Shown one piece after another: positions 32,545 to 42,013 of a stretch of DNA of 64,000 nt. Source of the stretch: Candidatus Limnocylindrus sp. ZSMar2m-chloro-G89 (GTDB lineage: Bacteria > Chloroflexota > Limnocylindria > Limnocylindrales > Limnocylindraceae). The notes below the pieces were generated by a model. The model did not search any database. It was not told the origin of the DNA and was given only the letters and a program-made list of their open reading frames with translations. The position numbers and the translations under genes were made by a program. Position 1 is the stretch's first letter, and every line of letters starts with the position of its first letter. The DNA is taken from assembly GCA_003670475.1 (NCBI GenBank), contig QWRJ01000003.1, positions 841-64,840 on the forward strand. Direction: 5' to 3'.

Positions 32545-34446
32545 ATGGGAAAGATTATCGGGATCGATCTAGGGACCACGAACAGCGTCGTGGCGGCAAT
32601 GGTTGGCGGTGAGCCAACGGTCATCAGTTCGTCTGAAGGTGGACGCACCGTTCCGTCGGTGGTCGGCTTCGTCAAGGGTGGAGAGCGCGTGGTGGGGCAA
32701 CTCGCTAAGCGTCAGGCCGTCACGAATCCGAAGAACACGGTCTTCAGCATCAAGCGCTTCATGGGTCGCCGATTTGACGATGCAGAGGTTTCAAAGACGA
32801 AGGGGCTCATCCCGTACACCGTAGAGAAGGATGGGAAGAGCGACGGCGTGAAGGTGAAGCTTGACTCTGGTGAGTCGTATTCGCCACAGGAAGTTGCGGC
32901 AATGATTTTGCAGAAGCTGAAGGCGGATGCAGAGGCCTTCCTCGGCGAGAAGATCACCGAGGCGGTCATCACCGTCCCGGCGTACTTTGACGACACGCAG
33001 CGACAGGCAACAAAGGATGCCGGTCGCATTGCAGGTCTGGACGTGAAGCGCATCATCAATGAGCCAACGGCGGCGGCGCTTGCCTACGGCCTTGATAAGA
33101 AGAAGGAAGAGAAGATCGCTGTCTACGACCTAGGTGGTGGCACGTTCGACATCTCTATCTTGGAGTTGGGCGACGGCGTCTTTGAGGTGAAGTCGTCTAA
33201 TGGCGACACACACCTTGGTGGCGACGACTTTGACCAGCGCATCATTGACTGGCTCCTCGCCGAGTTCAAGAAGGATCAAGGGATTGATCTCTCCAAGGAC
33301 CAGCAGGCGCTTCAGCGCCTGAAGGAGGCTGCGGAGAAGGCGAAGATCGAGCTCTCTGGCACCGGCCAGACCGAGATCAACCTCCCGTACATCACGGCAG
33401 ACGCTACGGGTCCAAAGCACGTGGTCGTCACGTTGACCAAGGCGAAGCTCGAGTCGCTCGTTGCAGACCTGATTGAGAAGACAAAGGCGCCGGTGATCGC
33501 CGCGCTGAAGGATGCGGGCCTGAAGCCATCCGAGATCGACGAGGTCGTTCTGGTTGGCGGGATGACGCGCATGCCAGCGGTGGTCGAAGCGGTGAAGGCG
33601 CTCTTCGGTGGCAAGGAGCCATCAAAGGGTGTGAACCCAGACGAGGTGGTCGCGATCGGCGCGGCGATCCAGGGCGGCGTCCTTGCGGGCGACGTGAAGG
33701 ATGTGCTGTTGCTTGACGTGACACCACTCTCGCTCGGCATTGAGACGCTGGGTGGCGTGATGACGAAGCTCATTGAGCGGAACACCACCATCCCAACGTC
33801 AAAGAGCCAGACCTTCTCAACGGCGTCAGATAACCAGCCGCAGGTGGAGATCCACGTGCTGCAGGGCGAGCGCGAGTTCGCAACAGATAACAAGACGCTT
33901 GGAAAGTTCATCCTTGACGGGATCCCATCCGCGCCACGCGGCGTGCCGCAGATTGAGGTGACGTTCGACATTGACGCGAACGGCATCCTCGATGTGAAGG
34001 CGAAGGATCGCGCCACTGGGAAGGAGCAGCAGGTGCGCATCACCGGCAGCTCAATGCTCGGGAAGGATGATGTTGACCGCATGGTTCGCGAGGCGAAGGA
34101 GCATGAGTCCGAGGACAAGGTTCGCCGCGAAGCGGTGGACTTCCGTAATCAGACTGAAGCACTCGCCTTCCAGGCCGAGAAGACCCTCACCGACCTTGGC
34201 GACAAGGTTGATGCGGAGAAGAAGGCTCAGGCTGAGACCCTGATCGGTGAGGTTCGCGAGGCGCTGAAGGGCGAGTCGCTCGACCCGGTGAAGGAGAAGG
34301 CGGAGGCGTTGGCGAAGGTGATGTCCGAGATCGGCACCGCCGCCTACGCACAAAATCAGCAGGACGGCACGCCTGAGGGCGCCGAAGGGGCGTCCGAGAA
34401 GGCCGCCGGCGAGGAGACAATCGAAGGCGAAGCGCAGGAGGTTTAA
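32545..34446 (+). CDS. dnaK: Chaperone DnaK (Hsp70)
   Basis: [17 protein letters not shown] start and DLGGGTFD motif. AAAGGAG lies 7 nt upstream of ATG 32545. Confidence 0.98.
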   Translation: MGKIIGIDLGTTNSVVAAMVGGEPTVISSSEGGRTVPSVVGFVKGGERVVGQLAKRQAVTNPKNTVFSIKRFMGRRFDDAEVSKTKGLIPYTVEKDGKSDGVKVKLDSGESYSPQEVAAMILQKLKADAEAFLGEKITEAVITVPAYFDDTQRQATKDAGRIAGLDVKRIINEPTAAALAYGLDKKKEEKIAVYDLGGGTFDISILELGDGVFEVKSSNGDTHLGGDDFDQRIIDWLLAEFKKDQGIDLSKDQQALQRLKEAAEKAKIELSGTGQTEINLPYITADATGPKHVVVTLTKAKLESLVADLIEKTKAPVIAALKDAGLKPSEIDEVVLVGGMTRMPAVVEAVKALFGGKEPSKGVNPDEVVAIGAAIQGGVLAGDVKDVLLLDVTPLSLGIETLGGVMTKLIERNTTIPTSKSQTFSTASDNQPQVEIHVLQGEREFATDNKTLGKFILDGIPSAPRGVPQIEVTFDIDANGILDVKAKDRATGKEQQVRITGSSMLGKDDVDRMVREAKEHESEDKVRREAVDFRNQTEALAFQAEKTLTDLGDKVDAEKKAQAETLIGEVREALKGESLDPVKEKAEALAKVMSEIGTAAYAQNQQDGTPEGAEGASEKAAGEETIEGEAQEV

Positions 34447-34456
34447 TCTCTCTCAG

Positions 34457-35401
34457 ATGAACCTCTCAACTTCGAACGCTACGGCCCTGATCCGCGCCCG
34501 AGGTCTGACGAAGACCTTCGGGTCGCGGACGGCCGTGGATGCCATCAACTTTGACGTTCGCGACGGCGAGTTCTTCGGCTTCCTCGGACCGAACGGCGCG
34601 GGGAAGACCACCACGATGCGCATGATCGCTGGCGTCTCGCCGCGTACCGCCGGGACCCTTGAGATTTTTGGGAGCGATCCAGACAAGGATGGTCCGCGCA
34701 TTCGTGGGCAGCTCGGCGTGGTGCATCAGCAGGAGACGCTCGACCAAGAGCTCACCGTTCGCGAGAACCTGCTCATCTTCGGACGCTTCTTCGGAATCGA
34801 GCGCAAGGAGATTGCCGAGCGCGCCGATCAACTCCTTGAACTTTTCCAGTTGTCAGATCGCGCCAAGGATCAGGTAGAGCCGCTCTCTGGCGGCATGAAG
34901 CGCCGTCTCTCCATTGCGCGTTCACTGATCAATGCGCCGCGCGTCTTGATGTTGGATGAGCCAACCACGGGACTCGACCCACAGGCGCGCCATCTCCTCT
35001 GGGATGCGCTGCAGCGACTGAAGCGCTCCGGTACAACGATCGTCTTGACGACGCACTACATGGATGAGGCGGAGCAGCTCTGCGACCGACTCGTGGTGAT
35101 GGACCAGGCGAAGATCGTTGCCGAAGGTTCGCCGCGACAACTGATTGAAGAGCACGCCTCACGCGAAGTCCTTGAGCTGCGCTTCCCTGAAGGGACGAGC
35201 CGCATCAGCAAGGAGACGCTTGATGGTATTGGTGATCGCTACGAGCGACTCGCCGAACGCGTGATCATCGGCTGTGAGAATGGCGAAGCGGCACATGCAC
35301 GTGCGCTGGAGCACGGCCTCACCCCAGAGAGTTGGTTGGTGCGCCGCTCGAGCCTTGAGGATGTCTTCCTCCGACTGACCGGCCGGAGCCTCGACGAGTG
35401 A
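34457..35401 (+). CDS. ABC-2 exporter ATP-binding protein (DrrA/NodI-like)
   Basis: Walker A GPNGAGKTT, signature LSGGMKRR and Walker B LMLDEPTTGLD. It starts 10 nt after the dnaK stop. Confidence 0.9.
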   Translation: MNLSTSNATALIRARGLTKTFGSRTAVDAINFDVRDGEFFGFLGPNGAGKTTTMRMIAGVSPRTAGTLEIFGSDPDKDGPRIRGQLGVVHQQETLDQELTVRENLLIFGRFFGIERKEIAERADQLLELFQLSDRAKDQVEPLSGGMKRRLSIARSLINAPRVLMLDEPTTGLDPQARHLLWDALQRLKRSGTTIVLTTHYMDEAEQLCDRLVVMDQAKIVAEGSPRQLIEEHASREVLELRFPEGTSRISKETLDGIGDRYERLAERVIIGCENGEAAHARALEHGLTPESWLVRRSSLEDVFLRLTGRSLDE

Positions 35402-36240
35402 GCGCGGCGCAGATCGCGCCGCGACGTTCACGCGGACTCTTCTCAACGATTGGCGCGTATCTCCCGCACCCAACGCGCTGGCGTCACGTTGTTGGCTACA
35501 TGGTCGCCGTCTATCGCCGCGAGTGGATCGGCTCAGTCTTCTCCGGTTTCATTGAGCCGCTCGTTGTGCTTGCTGGACTTGGCATTGGGCTTGGCGTCCT
35601 AGTTGGTGATCGCGCGGCGGAGATCACCGGCGGGGTGAGCTACGTGACCTACATTGCGCCGGCGCTCATGGCGAGCCAGGCGATGCAGTTCGGCGCGGGT
35701 GAGGCGGCCTGGCCGATCCTTGGCCGCATCATGTGGGTGCGCATCTATCACGCCATGGTGGCAACACCACTCAAGCCGACCGACATCATCGTTGGGGCAA
35801 TCCTCTTCATGGGTGGCAAGGTCGCCTTCGCGGCCACCTTCTTCGCCGGCGTCTTGCTCGTAGCGGGGATCGCGACCAGTGCGGGTGGCGCACTCGCCAT
35901 GATTGGCGTCTCCACGCTCACCGGGCTCGCCTTCGCCGCTCCCGTCACCGCCTTCTCCGTGACGCAGAAGACGGACCAGGGCTTTGCAATCATCTTCCGC
36001 CTCATCATCACGCCGCTCACCTTCTTCTCGGGCACCTACTTCCCCATTGAGAGCCTGCCGAGCTGGGCGCAACTCATCTCTTGGTGCACGCCGCTTGCGC
36101 ACGGCGTTGCGCTGGCGCGTGGCCTCGCACTCGGTACCGAGATCCCGAACGCAGCGGCACACGTTGCCGTACTTGCCGCATGGACAATCGGCGGCACGGT
36201 GATCGCCTCGATCCTCTTCCGCCGGAGGATGCTGAAGTGA
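35398..36240 (+). CDS. ABC-2 type permease (first of two)
   Basis: 280 aa with six TM segments. The start overlaps the ATPase stop as GTGA. Confidence 0.8.
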   Translation: MSAAQIAPRRSRGLFSTIGAYLPHPTRWRHVVGYMVAVYRREWIGSVFSGFIEPLVVLAGLGIGLGVLVGDRAAEITGGVSYVTYIAPALMASQAMQFGAGEAAWPILGRIMWVRIYHAMVATPLKPTDIIVGAILFMGGKVAFAATFFAGVLLVAGIATSAGGALAMIGVSTLTGLAFAAPVTAFSVTQKTDQGFAIIFRLIITPLTFFSGTYFPIESLPSWAQLISWCTPLAHGVALARGLALGTEIPNAAAHVAVLAAWTIGGTVIASILFRRRMLK

Positions 36241-37010
36241 TCGCCTCGATTGCGCCACGCGCCCTCTCCGTCTTTCAGCGCAACGTGTTTGTCTATCGAC
36301 GCCAGTGGCTGATGATCGCCACCGGCTTCTTTGAGCCACTCTTCTTCCTTCTCGGAATCGGCTTCGGTGTTGGCGGTGTGATCGGGACGCTCCCATACAA
36401 CGGGGTTGAGGTTCCCTATGCGGCTTTCGTTGCACCAGCGCTTCTTGCGAGTGCTGCAATGAACGGCGCCATCTTTGACTCCACCTTCAACGTCTTCTAC
36501 AAGTTGAAGTACGCCAGGGTCTATGACGCGATCCTCGCCACACCAGTCTCTGTTGGTGACTTGGCTGTTGGTGAGCTGCTCTGGTCCAACCTGCGCGGCG
36601 TGATCTACGCCGTTGCCTTCCTCGCCGTGATGTTCGCCTTCGGCCTCGTCGCCTCACCACTCGCGCTGCTAACGCCGTTTGCTGTGATGTTCATCGGCTT
36701 CGCCTTTGGTGCCGCAGGATTCGCACTGACCACGCACTTGCGCTCGTGGAAGGACTTTGACTTCATCTTCATCATCCTGACGCCACTCTTCCTCTTCTCC
36801 GCAACCTTCTATCCGGTGGAGATCTATCCCGGAGCCTTGCGTTATGTGGTGGAGCTCTCTCCGCTGACGCGTGGGACACACCTGATTCGCTCGCTCTGCT
36901 TCGGCGATCTCAACCTGCTGATGCTCGCTGACATCGGCTTCCTTGCCCTGATCGGCGTCCTTGGATACCGCCACGCAGTGAGCCGCCTTGGCAAACTGCT
37001 GCTGAAGTAG
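36237..37010 (+). CDS. ABC-2 type permease (second, paralogous)
   Basis: GTG 36237 overlaps the previous stop, and GGAGGA lies upstream at 36225-36230. The N-terminus [22 protein letters not shown] parallels the first permease. The track extension back to 36081 is rejected. Confidence 0.8.
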   Translation: MIASIAPRALSVFQRNVFVYRRQWLMIATGFFEPLFFLLGIGFGVGGVIGTLPYNGVEVPYAAFVAPALLASAAMNGAIFDSTFNVFYKLKYARVYDAILATPVSVGDLAVGELLWSNLRGVIYAVAFLAVMFAFGLVASPLALLTPFAVMFIGFAFGAAGFALTTHLRSWKDFDFIFIILTPLFLFSATFYPVEIYPGALRYVVELSPLTRGTHLIRSLCFGDLNLLMLADIGFLALIGVLGYRHAVSRLGKLLLK

Positions 37011-37017
37011 GCGCCCA

Positions 37018-38133
37018 GTGGCTCGCGACTTCTACTCAATCCTTGGTGTGCCGAAGTCTGCAAGTGCGGACGACATCAAGAAGGCCTTCCGTAAGGCGGC
37101 GCAGAAGCATCACCCCGACGTCTCCAAGTCGCCGGACGCTGCGTCAAAGTTCAAGGAGTTGAACGACGCGTATCAAGTCCTCTCCGACACGGAGCAGCGT
37201 GCGCGCTACGACCGCTTCGGTGAGGCGGGAGTTGGTGGCGCCCCAGGCGGCGGCGGACGCGGCGGACCTGGAGGTTTCCCTGGCGGCGGATTCTCTGGCG
37301 GATTCGGTGGCGGTGATTTCGGCTCTGTTGAAGATCTCTTTGAAGGCTTCTTCGGTGGCGCGGCGCGTGGCGCGCGACGCACCGGTCCGCCACCTGGCGA
37401 TGACCTCCGCTTCGACATGCGGGTGAGCTTCGCCGAATCGATTCGTGGCGGGACGCGCGAGGTTAACCTGGACATGCGCGTTGCCTGCGAGCCGTGCGGC
37501 GGCAACGGTGCCGCAAAGGGTTCAGGGACGAAGAGCTGCGATGGCTGCGGCGGTCGCGGCGAGGTGCGCACCGTGCGCCAGACGCTTCTCGGCCAGATGG
37601 CGGTCTCTGCACCGTGTGCCAAGTGTTCCGGCGAAGGGAAGATCATCGAGAAGCCGTGCAGCAGCTGCCGTGGTGAGGGCCGCCTCAACGGGAGCAAGCG
37701 ACTCCGCGTCGATATTCCGCCAGGCGTTGATGACGGGACGCAGATTCGACTCTCAGGTCAGGGTGAGGCGGGGCGACGTGGCGGACCGGCGGGGAGCCTC
37801 TATGTGGTTGTCACCGTTGAAGAGCATCCGCAACTGGTGCGCGATGGCATTGACCTTCTCACCGAGATCCCCATCTCCATCTCACAGGCGGCGCTCGGCG
37901 CGCGCGTCCTCATTCCAACCGCTGAAGGCGAAGAGGAGCTGGAGATCAAGGCTGGTACCAAGCCGGGCGCTGAGCTACGGCTGAAGGGTCGCGGCGCACC
38001 GAACGTGCGACGACCATCGCAGCGCGGCGATCTGCGCATTGTTGTTGCGGTTGAAGTGCCAAAGAAGTTGAGCAAGGAGCAGCGCGAAGCGTTGGAGCGA
38101 TTCTCTAAGGCGAGCGGCGAGGAGATCAACTGA
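37018..38133 (+). CDS. dnaJ: Co-chaperone DnaJ
   Basis: J-domain (DFYSILGV...HPD), G/F-rich region and four CxxCxGxG zinc repeats. GTG start lies 7 nt after the permease stop. Confidence 0.97.
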   Translation: MARDFYSILGVPKSASADDIKKAFRKAAQKHHPDVSKSPDAASKFKELNDAYQVLSDTEQRARYDRFGEAGVGGAPGGGGRGGPGGFPGGGFSGGFGGGDFGSVEDLFEGFFGGAARGARRTGPPPGDDLRFDMRVSFAESIRGGTREVNLDMRVACEPCGGNGAAKGSGTKSCDGCGGRGEVRTVRQTLLGQMAVSAPCAKCSGEGKIIEKPCSSCRGEGRLNGSKRLRVDIPPGVDDGTQIRLSGQGEAGRRGGPAGSLYVVVTVEEHPQLVRDGIDLLTEIPISISQAALGARVLIPTAEGEEELEIKAGTKPGAELRLKGRGAPNVRRPSQRGDLRIVVAVEVPKKLSKEQREALERFSKASGEEIN

Positions 38134-39083
38134 GCGACGACGGCTGGCTCGAACTCTCCATCACCTGCGACCCTGAATCGGCAGAGGCGATCAGCGAGCG
38201 TCTGGCGCGCCTCGCCCCCGCTGGCACGAGCGCCGAACCCGCGGTTCCACCAGTGATCCCTGCCGATGCACTGACGCCACCGCACGATCCATCCGCCCCT
38301 GTGCGCATCCGCGCCTGGCTTCCTGACAACGCTGCGAATCAGGCGGCGGCGGCGGCACTGCGCGATGAACTCGAACGCTTCGCCGCGATCGCTGGGAGCG
38401 GCCTCGGCCTTCGTGGGATCGGCGAACTAGCGATGCGGAGCATTCCGGCAGAGGAGTGGGCAACCACCTGGCGCGCCGAGTTCCCTGTCCTTCGCCTCGG
38501 CAGGATCGTGATTCGGCCGCCGTGGAGTGAGCACGCCGCTGAGCTTGGCGACGCAGTTGTAGTGATTGATCCGGGTCAGGCATTCGGCACCGGACTCCAT
38601 CCAACTACGCGCCTTGCGCTTGCCGGTCTGAACCGCTGGGCGGATGCTGGACTCCTTGCTGCACTCCCGCGCGACGGGGCCGGGATCGTTGACGTTGGAA
38701 CGGGGAGTGGCATCCTGCTCGCCGCGGCGCTGCAGCTCGGCGCGTCGCACGGGAGTGGCATTGATATTGATCAGCTCGCCGTTGATGCGGCGCGCGGCAA
38801 CCTTGAGCGAAACGGTCTCAGCGCGCGCGCAACGATCACACTCGGTTCGCTTCCACTTGCTCACGCCGCGCCGCTCGTTGTTGCCAATCTCGTCGCCGCA
38901 CTGCACATCCAGCTCGCGCCACTCCTCGCCGCCGCGGTTGCACCTGGCGGTCGACTCCTGGCAAGCGGCATCTTCACCGCGCGTGCAGATGAGACGATCG
39001 CTGCGCTGAGTGCGGCGGGACTCACCTTGGTTGAGCGTTGGGGAGAGGGCGAGTGGGTTGCGCTAGAATTGACGCATGGCTGA
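38130..39083 (+). CDS. prmA: Ribosomal protein L11 methyltransferase, probable non-canonical CTG start
   Basis: SAM-binding motif [10 protein letters not shown]. The PrmA N-terminal domain ([20 protein letters not shown]) is encoded in frame upstream of the first canonical start (GTG 38253). CTG 38130 lies 5 nt after GAGGAG. Confidence 0.8.
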   Translation: MSDDGWLELSITCDPESAEAISERLARLAPAGTSAEPAVPPVIPADALTPPHDPSAPVRIRAWLPDNAANQAAAAALRDELERFAAIAGSGLGLRGIGELAMRSIPAEEWATTWRAEFPVLRLGRIVIRPPWSEHAAELGDAVVVIDPGQAFGTGLHPTTRLALAGLNRWADAGLLAALPRDGAGIVDVGTGSGILLAAALQLGASHGSGIDIDQLAVDAARGNLERNGLSARATITLGSLPLAHAAPLVVANLVAALHIQLAPLLAAAVAPGGRLLASGIFTARADETIAALSAAGLTLVERWGEGEWVALELTHG

Positions 39084-39426
39084 TTGTCTCTTCTGTCGCA
39101 TCATCGCCGGCGAGCTGCCAAGCACGCAGCACCACGCCTCCGACCTTGTCATCGCCTTTGAGGACATTGCGCCACAGGCGCCACTGCATCTACTGATCGT
39201 TCCGCGCGAACATATTGGCTCTGCCGCTGATCTTCGCGACACGCCGCAACATGCGGCGCTCCTTGCGCGCATGCACGCCGTTGCGGCGGAGCTCGCCGCG
39301 GCGGCCGGCTACGCGGATCGCGGATGGCGACTGGTGAGTAATGTCGGCGACGAAGGTGGCCAGGCAATTCAACATCTTCATTACCACCTACTCGCTGGAA
39401 GACAGCTCACTTGGCCACCAGGATGA
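39076..39426 (+). CDS. HIT-family (histidine triad) nucleotide hydrolase
   Basis: CLFCRIIAGELPS start and the HLHYHLL triad. Confidence 0.9.
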   Translation: MADCLFCRIIAGELPSTQHHASDLVIAFEDIAPQAPLHLLIVPREHIGSAADLRDTPQHAALLARMHAVAAELAAAAGYADRGWRLVSNVGDEGGQAIQHLHYHLLAGRQLTWPPG

Positions 39427-39998
39427 GTGAGGCGCCGCAGCCAAAACGTTCACGCCGCTCGCGTGCCGTGCCGTTCTTCATCTTGATCGCTGGATTTGCT
39501 CTTTTCACGGCGCTCTCTGGCGGACCACCACCACCTGAGCCGCAGGGGCAACCCGCATCCGCTGCGCCAACGCCGCGCAGTGCTGAAGAGACGGCGCAGG
39601 CGACGGAGTATTTGAGTGCGGCGATTCGCGCCGCGGGACTCGGCGTCATCACGGGCGGCGCCGATGTGCGCCCACCACTCCCGCCAGAGTTCAATGCCCT
39701 GCCGCGTGTTGTGGTGCGCGGCGCATCAACGAACGACCCGATCGGAATCCCGCTGGTGGCCGTGGTCTTCCCTGACGCCGCCTCCGCCTCCAGCGCGGCG
39801 GGACGAGTGGCGGAGTATCTCGTCGCCCCGCAGACGCTCGTCTTGGTCCCCCCAGATGCTCGATTCACCCTCCGCCTTAGCGGCAGCCTCCTGATCCTCT
39901 TCCAGCGCACCCCTTCGGCAGACCCAGATCCCGCCGCAGCGGAGGCCCTCCTTGTCGTGCTCGCCACGCTCGGGGAGGAGATCCCTCTCCCTCGTTGA
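39423..39998 (+). CDS. Membrane-anchored or secreted protein, unknown function
   Basis: The start overlaps the HIT stop as ATGA. An N-terminal TM helix AVPFFILIAGFALFTAL is followed by a Pro-rich linker. Confidence 0.55.
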   Translation: MSEAPQPKRSRRSRAVPFFILIAGFALFTALSGGPPPPEPQGQPASAAPTPRSAEETAQATEYLSAAIRAAGLGVITGGADVRPPLPPEFNALPRVVVRGASTNDPIGIPLVAVVFPDAASASSAAGRVAEYLVAPQTLVLVPPDARFTLRLSGSLLILFQRTPSADPDPAAAEALLVVLATLGEEIPLPR

Positions 39999-40023
39999 GT
40001 CGGCCCCAGGCTGAATCGGGTAT

Positions 40024-40043
40024 CCTCCTCATCCCATAGGAGG
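40024..40043 (+). promoter_or_regulatory. SD-sequestering hairpin in the rpsU leader
   Basis: CCTCCT (40024-40029) pairs with AGGAGG (40038-40043) across an 8-nt loop. AGGAGG is the Shine-Dalgarno sequence, 7 nt before GTG 40051. Confidence 0.4.
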
Positions 40044-40050
40044 TACATAA

Positions 40051-40236
40051 GTGGCAGAAGTTCGCATTGGTGATAACGAGTCCTTTGAGGCTGCGTTGCG
40101 CCGATTCAATAAGAAGGTCCAGCAGGCCGGCATCCTTGCCGAGTCTCGTCGCCGCGACGCGTTCGAAAACGCAGCGGAGAAGAAGAAGCGCAAGGATGCA
40201 AAGAAGAAGAAGCCGTCAGGCCCTCGCGGGATCTGA
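40051..40236 (+). CDS. rpsU: 30S ribosomal protein S21
   Basis: The sequence VRIGDNESFEAALRRFNKKVQQAGILAESRRR is typical of S21. 61 aa. Confidence 0.92.
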   Translation: MAEVRIGDNESFEAALRRFNKKVQQAGILAESRRRDAFENAAEKKKRKDAKKKKPSGPRGI

Positions 40237-40284
40237 TCCCTTGCGCGCCCCGTGGCGGCGCGAGCCGTCGGAGAGGAGCAGCGC

Positions 40285-40737
40285 ATGTCGCTTCGTGAAC
40301 AGCTAAGAGCCGATATGGCCGCATCAATGCGGTCGGGCGAGACGCTACGCCGCGACACCATCCGCATGGCGCTCTCTGCGCTCTCACTCGTTGAGAAGGA
40401 GCAGAAGCACGACGCCACGGATGAGGAGACACTCACCGTTCTCGTCAAGGCGGTCAAGACGCGCCGAGAATCTGTTGACGCATACCTTGCGGCGAAGCGA
40501 CCAGACCTTGCCGCCGCCGAAGAGGCGGAGATTGCGATCCTCGCCGTCTACCTCCCAGAGCAGCTCACCGACGCGGATGTGGATGCGCTGGTGAAGCAGG
40601 CGATCGCAGAGACCGGCGCCAGCTCCGCGAAGGAGATGGGGAAGGTGATGGGCTGGCTCGCCCCCAAGACAAAGGGTCGCGTCGACGGCAAGGTCCTCTC
40701 TGGGAAGGTCACCGCGGCACTCGCAGCACTCGGATGA
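40285..40737 (+). CDS. GatB/YqeY-domain protein
   Basis: MSLREQLRADMAASMRSGE start and the conserved position after rpsU. GGAGAGGAG lies upstream of ATG 40285. Confidence 0.85.
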   Translation: MSLREQLRADMAASMRSGETLRRDTIRMALSALSLVEKEQKHDATDEETLTVLVKAVKTRRESVDAYLAAKRPDLAAAEEAEIAILAVYLPEQLTDADVDALVKQAIAETGASSAKEMGKVMGWLAPKTKGRVDGKVLSGKVTAALAALG

Positions 40738-41282
40738 GTCGCGACGCAGGCCCGCGCGCCCGCGTCACTCGGCAGCGTCGTGGCGGAGTCAGCATCACCT
40801 CAACAGAACTTGCCGCACTCGTTGCGCGCGCACTGCGTCGCGCCGGCGCACCAGCCAACGGCGAAGCGGTGCTCACCCTCGTTGATGACGTCACGATCGC
40901 AAAGCTCAACGCAACGCATATGGGGAAGCGCGGCCCAACCGATGTACTCAGCTTCCCGTTGATTGACCCGCGCGACTTTCCCGTGCGCGCCAGTGCACGA
41001 AGCGCCAGCACGCGGCAGCGTGGCGTGGCGGCGCAGCTGCCGATCGGCGATATCGTGATCAGCGTGGATCGTGCCATCGAACAGGCACGCGACGGGCGTG
41101 GCGGAACGGATGGGGCGACGAAGCACTCGGTGGCGGATGAGGTCCGCCTCCTCGCCGTCCACGGCGCGCTGCACCTCTGCGGCTGGGATCACGACACCCC
41201 GGCGTCTCAGGCGGCGATGTGGCGTGAGCAGACGCTCATCCTGCGCGCGCATACTGCAGCAATGAAGAGGAAGCGCACATGA
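40734..41282 (+). CDS. ybeY: rRNA maturation endoribonuclease YbeY
   Basis: HGALHLCGWDH zinc motif. The start overlaps the previous stop as ATGA. Confidence 0.9.
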   Translation: MSRDAGPRARVTRQRRGGVSITSTELAALVARALRRAGAPANGEAVLTLVDDVTIAKLNATHMGKRGPTDVLSFPLIDPRDFPVRASARSASTRQRGVAAQLPIGDIVISVDRAIEQARDGRGGTDGATKHSVADEVRLLAVHGALHLCGWDHDTPASQAAMWREQTLILRAHTAAMKRKRT

Positions 41283-42013
41283 GCGTCGATCGTCGTCTCA
41301 TTGTTGGACTCGGTAATCCGGGCGAGAAGTATCGCTACACGCGACACAACATCGCCTGGCTGATCCTGGACGCCTTCGCCGATCGCGTGAAGTGGCGCGG
41401 CGGTGGGAAGGAGCGCGACGCGGCGATGGTGCATGCCGGTCGCGTACTCGGACTCGACCTTGTTGTGGCGAAGCCGACCACCTTCATGAACGAGTCGGGG
41501 ATCGCCGTGCGCAAGCTGCTCGCCGCTGATCGTGTCTCCATTGATCACCTCTTAGTGGTGGTGGACGACTTCAGCCTCCCCTTCGGCGCGCTGCGCTTCC
41601 GCGAGAGCGGCAGTGATGGTGGTCATAACGGGCTCGCTTCAATTGAGGCGGAGATGCAGACCGATCGCTATCCGCGCCTTCGCGTTGGGATCGGCGATCC
41701 ATCAGGGAGTGGTGGGGCGCAGCAGCATGTGCTGAACGAGTTCAGCGCCGCTGAGCGTCTGCGCATCCCAGAGATCAGCGCCGCCGCAGGCGAAGCGATT
41801 GAGAGCTGGGCGCGTCTCGGACTGAACAAGGCGGCGACCGCGTTTAACAACTGGAAGCTGGCGGAGCCTGAGGCGGGGAGCGCTTCGGATCCTGCAAACC
41901 TGCCAAAGGCGGGAGAGGTTGACGGTCCCGCTGGGAGCGACGGGATTCGCAAGACGGCGCACGGCTGGCGGAAGCCGCTCGGCAAGGGCGACCGAACCGA
42001 CTCCGAACGGTGA
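41279..42013 (+). CDS. pth: Peptidyl-tRNA hydrolase with a ~50-aa C-terminal extension
   Basis: LIVGLGNPGEKYRYTRHNIAW and GHNGL motifs. 244 aa against ~190 aa for a typical Pth. Confidence 0.92.
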   Translation: MSVDRRLIVGLGNPGEKYRYTRHNIAWLILDAFADRVKWRGGGKERDAAMVHAGRVLGLDLVVAKPTTFMNESGIAVRKLLAADRVSIDHLLVVVDDFSLPFGALRFRESGSDGGHNGLASIEAEMQTDRYPRLRVGIGDPSGSGGAQQHVLNEFSAAERLRIPEISAAAGEAIESWARLGLNKAATAFNNWKLAEPEAGSASDPANLPKAGEVDGPAGSDGIRKTAHGWRKPLGKGDRTDSER

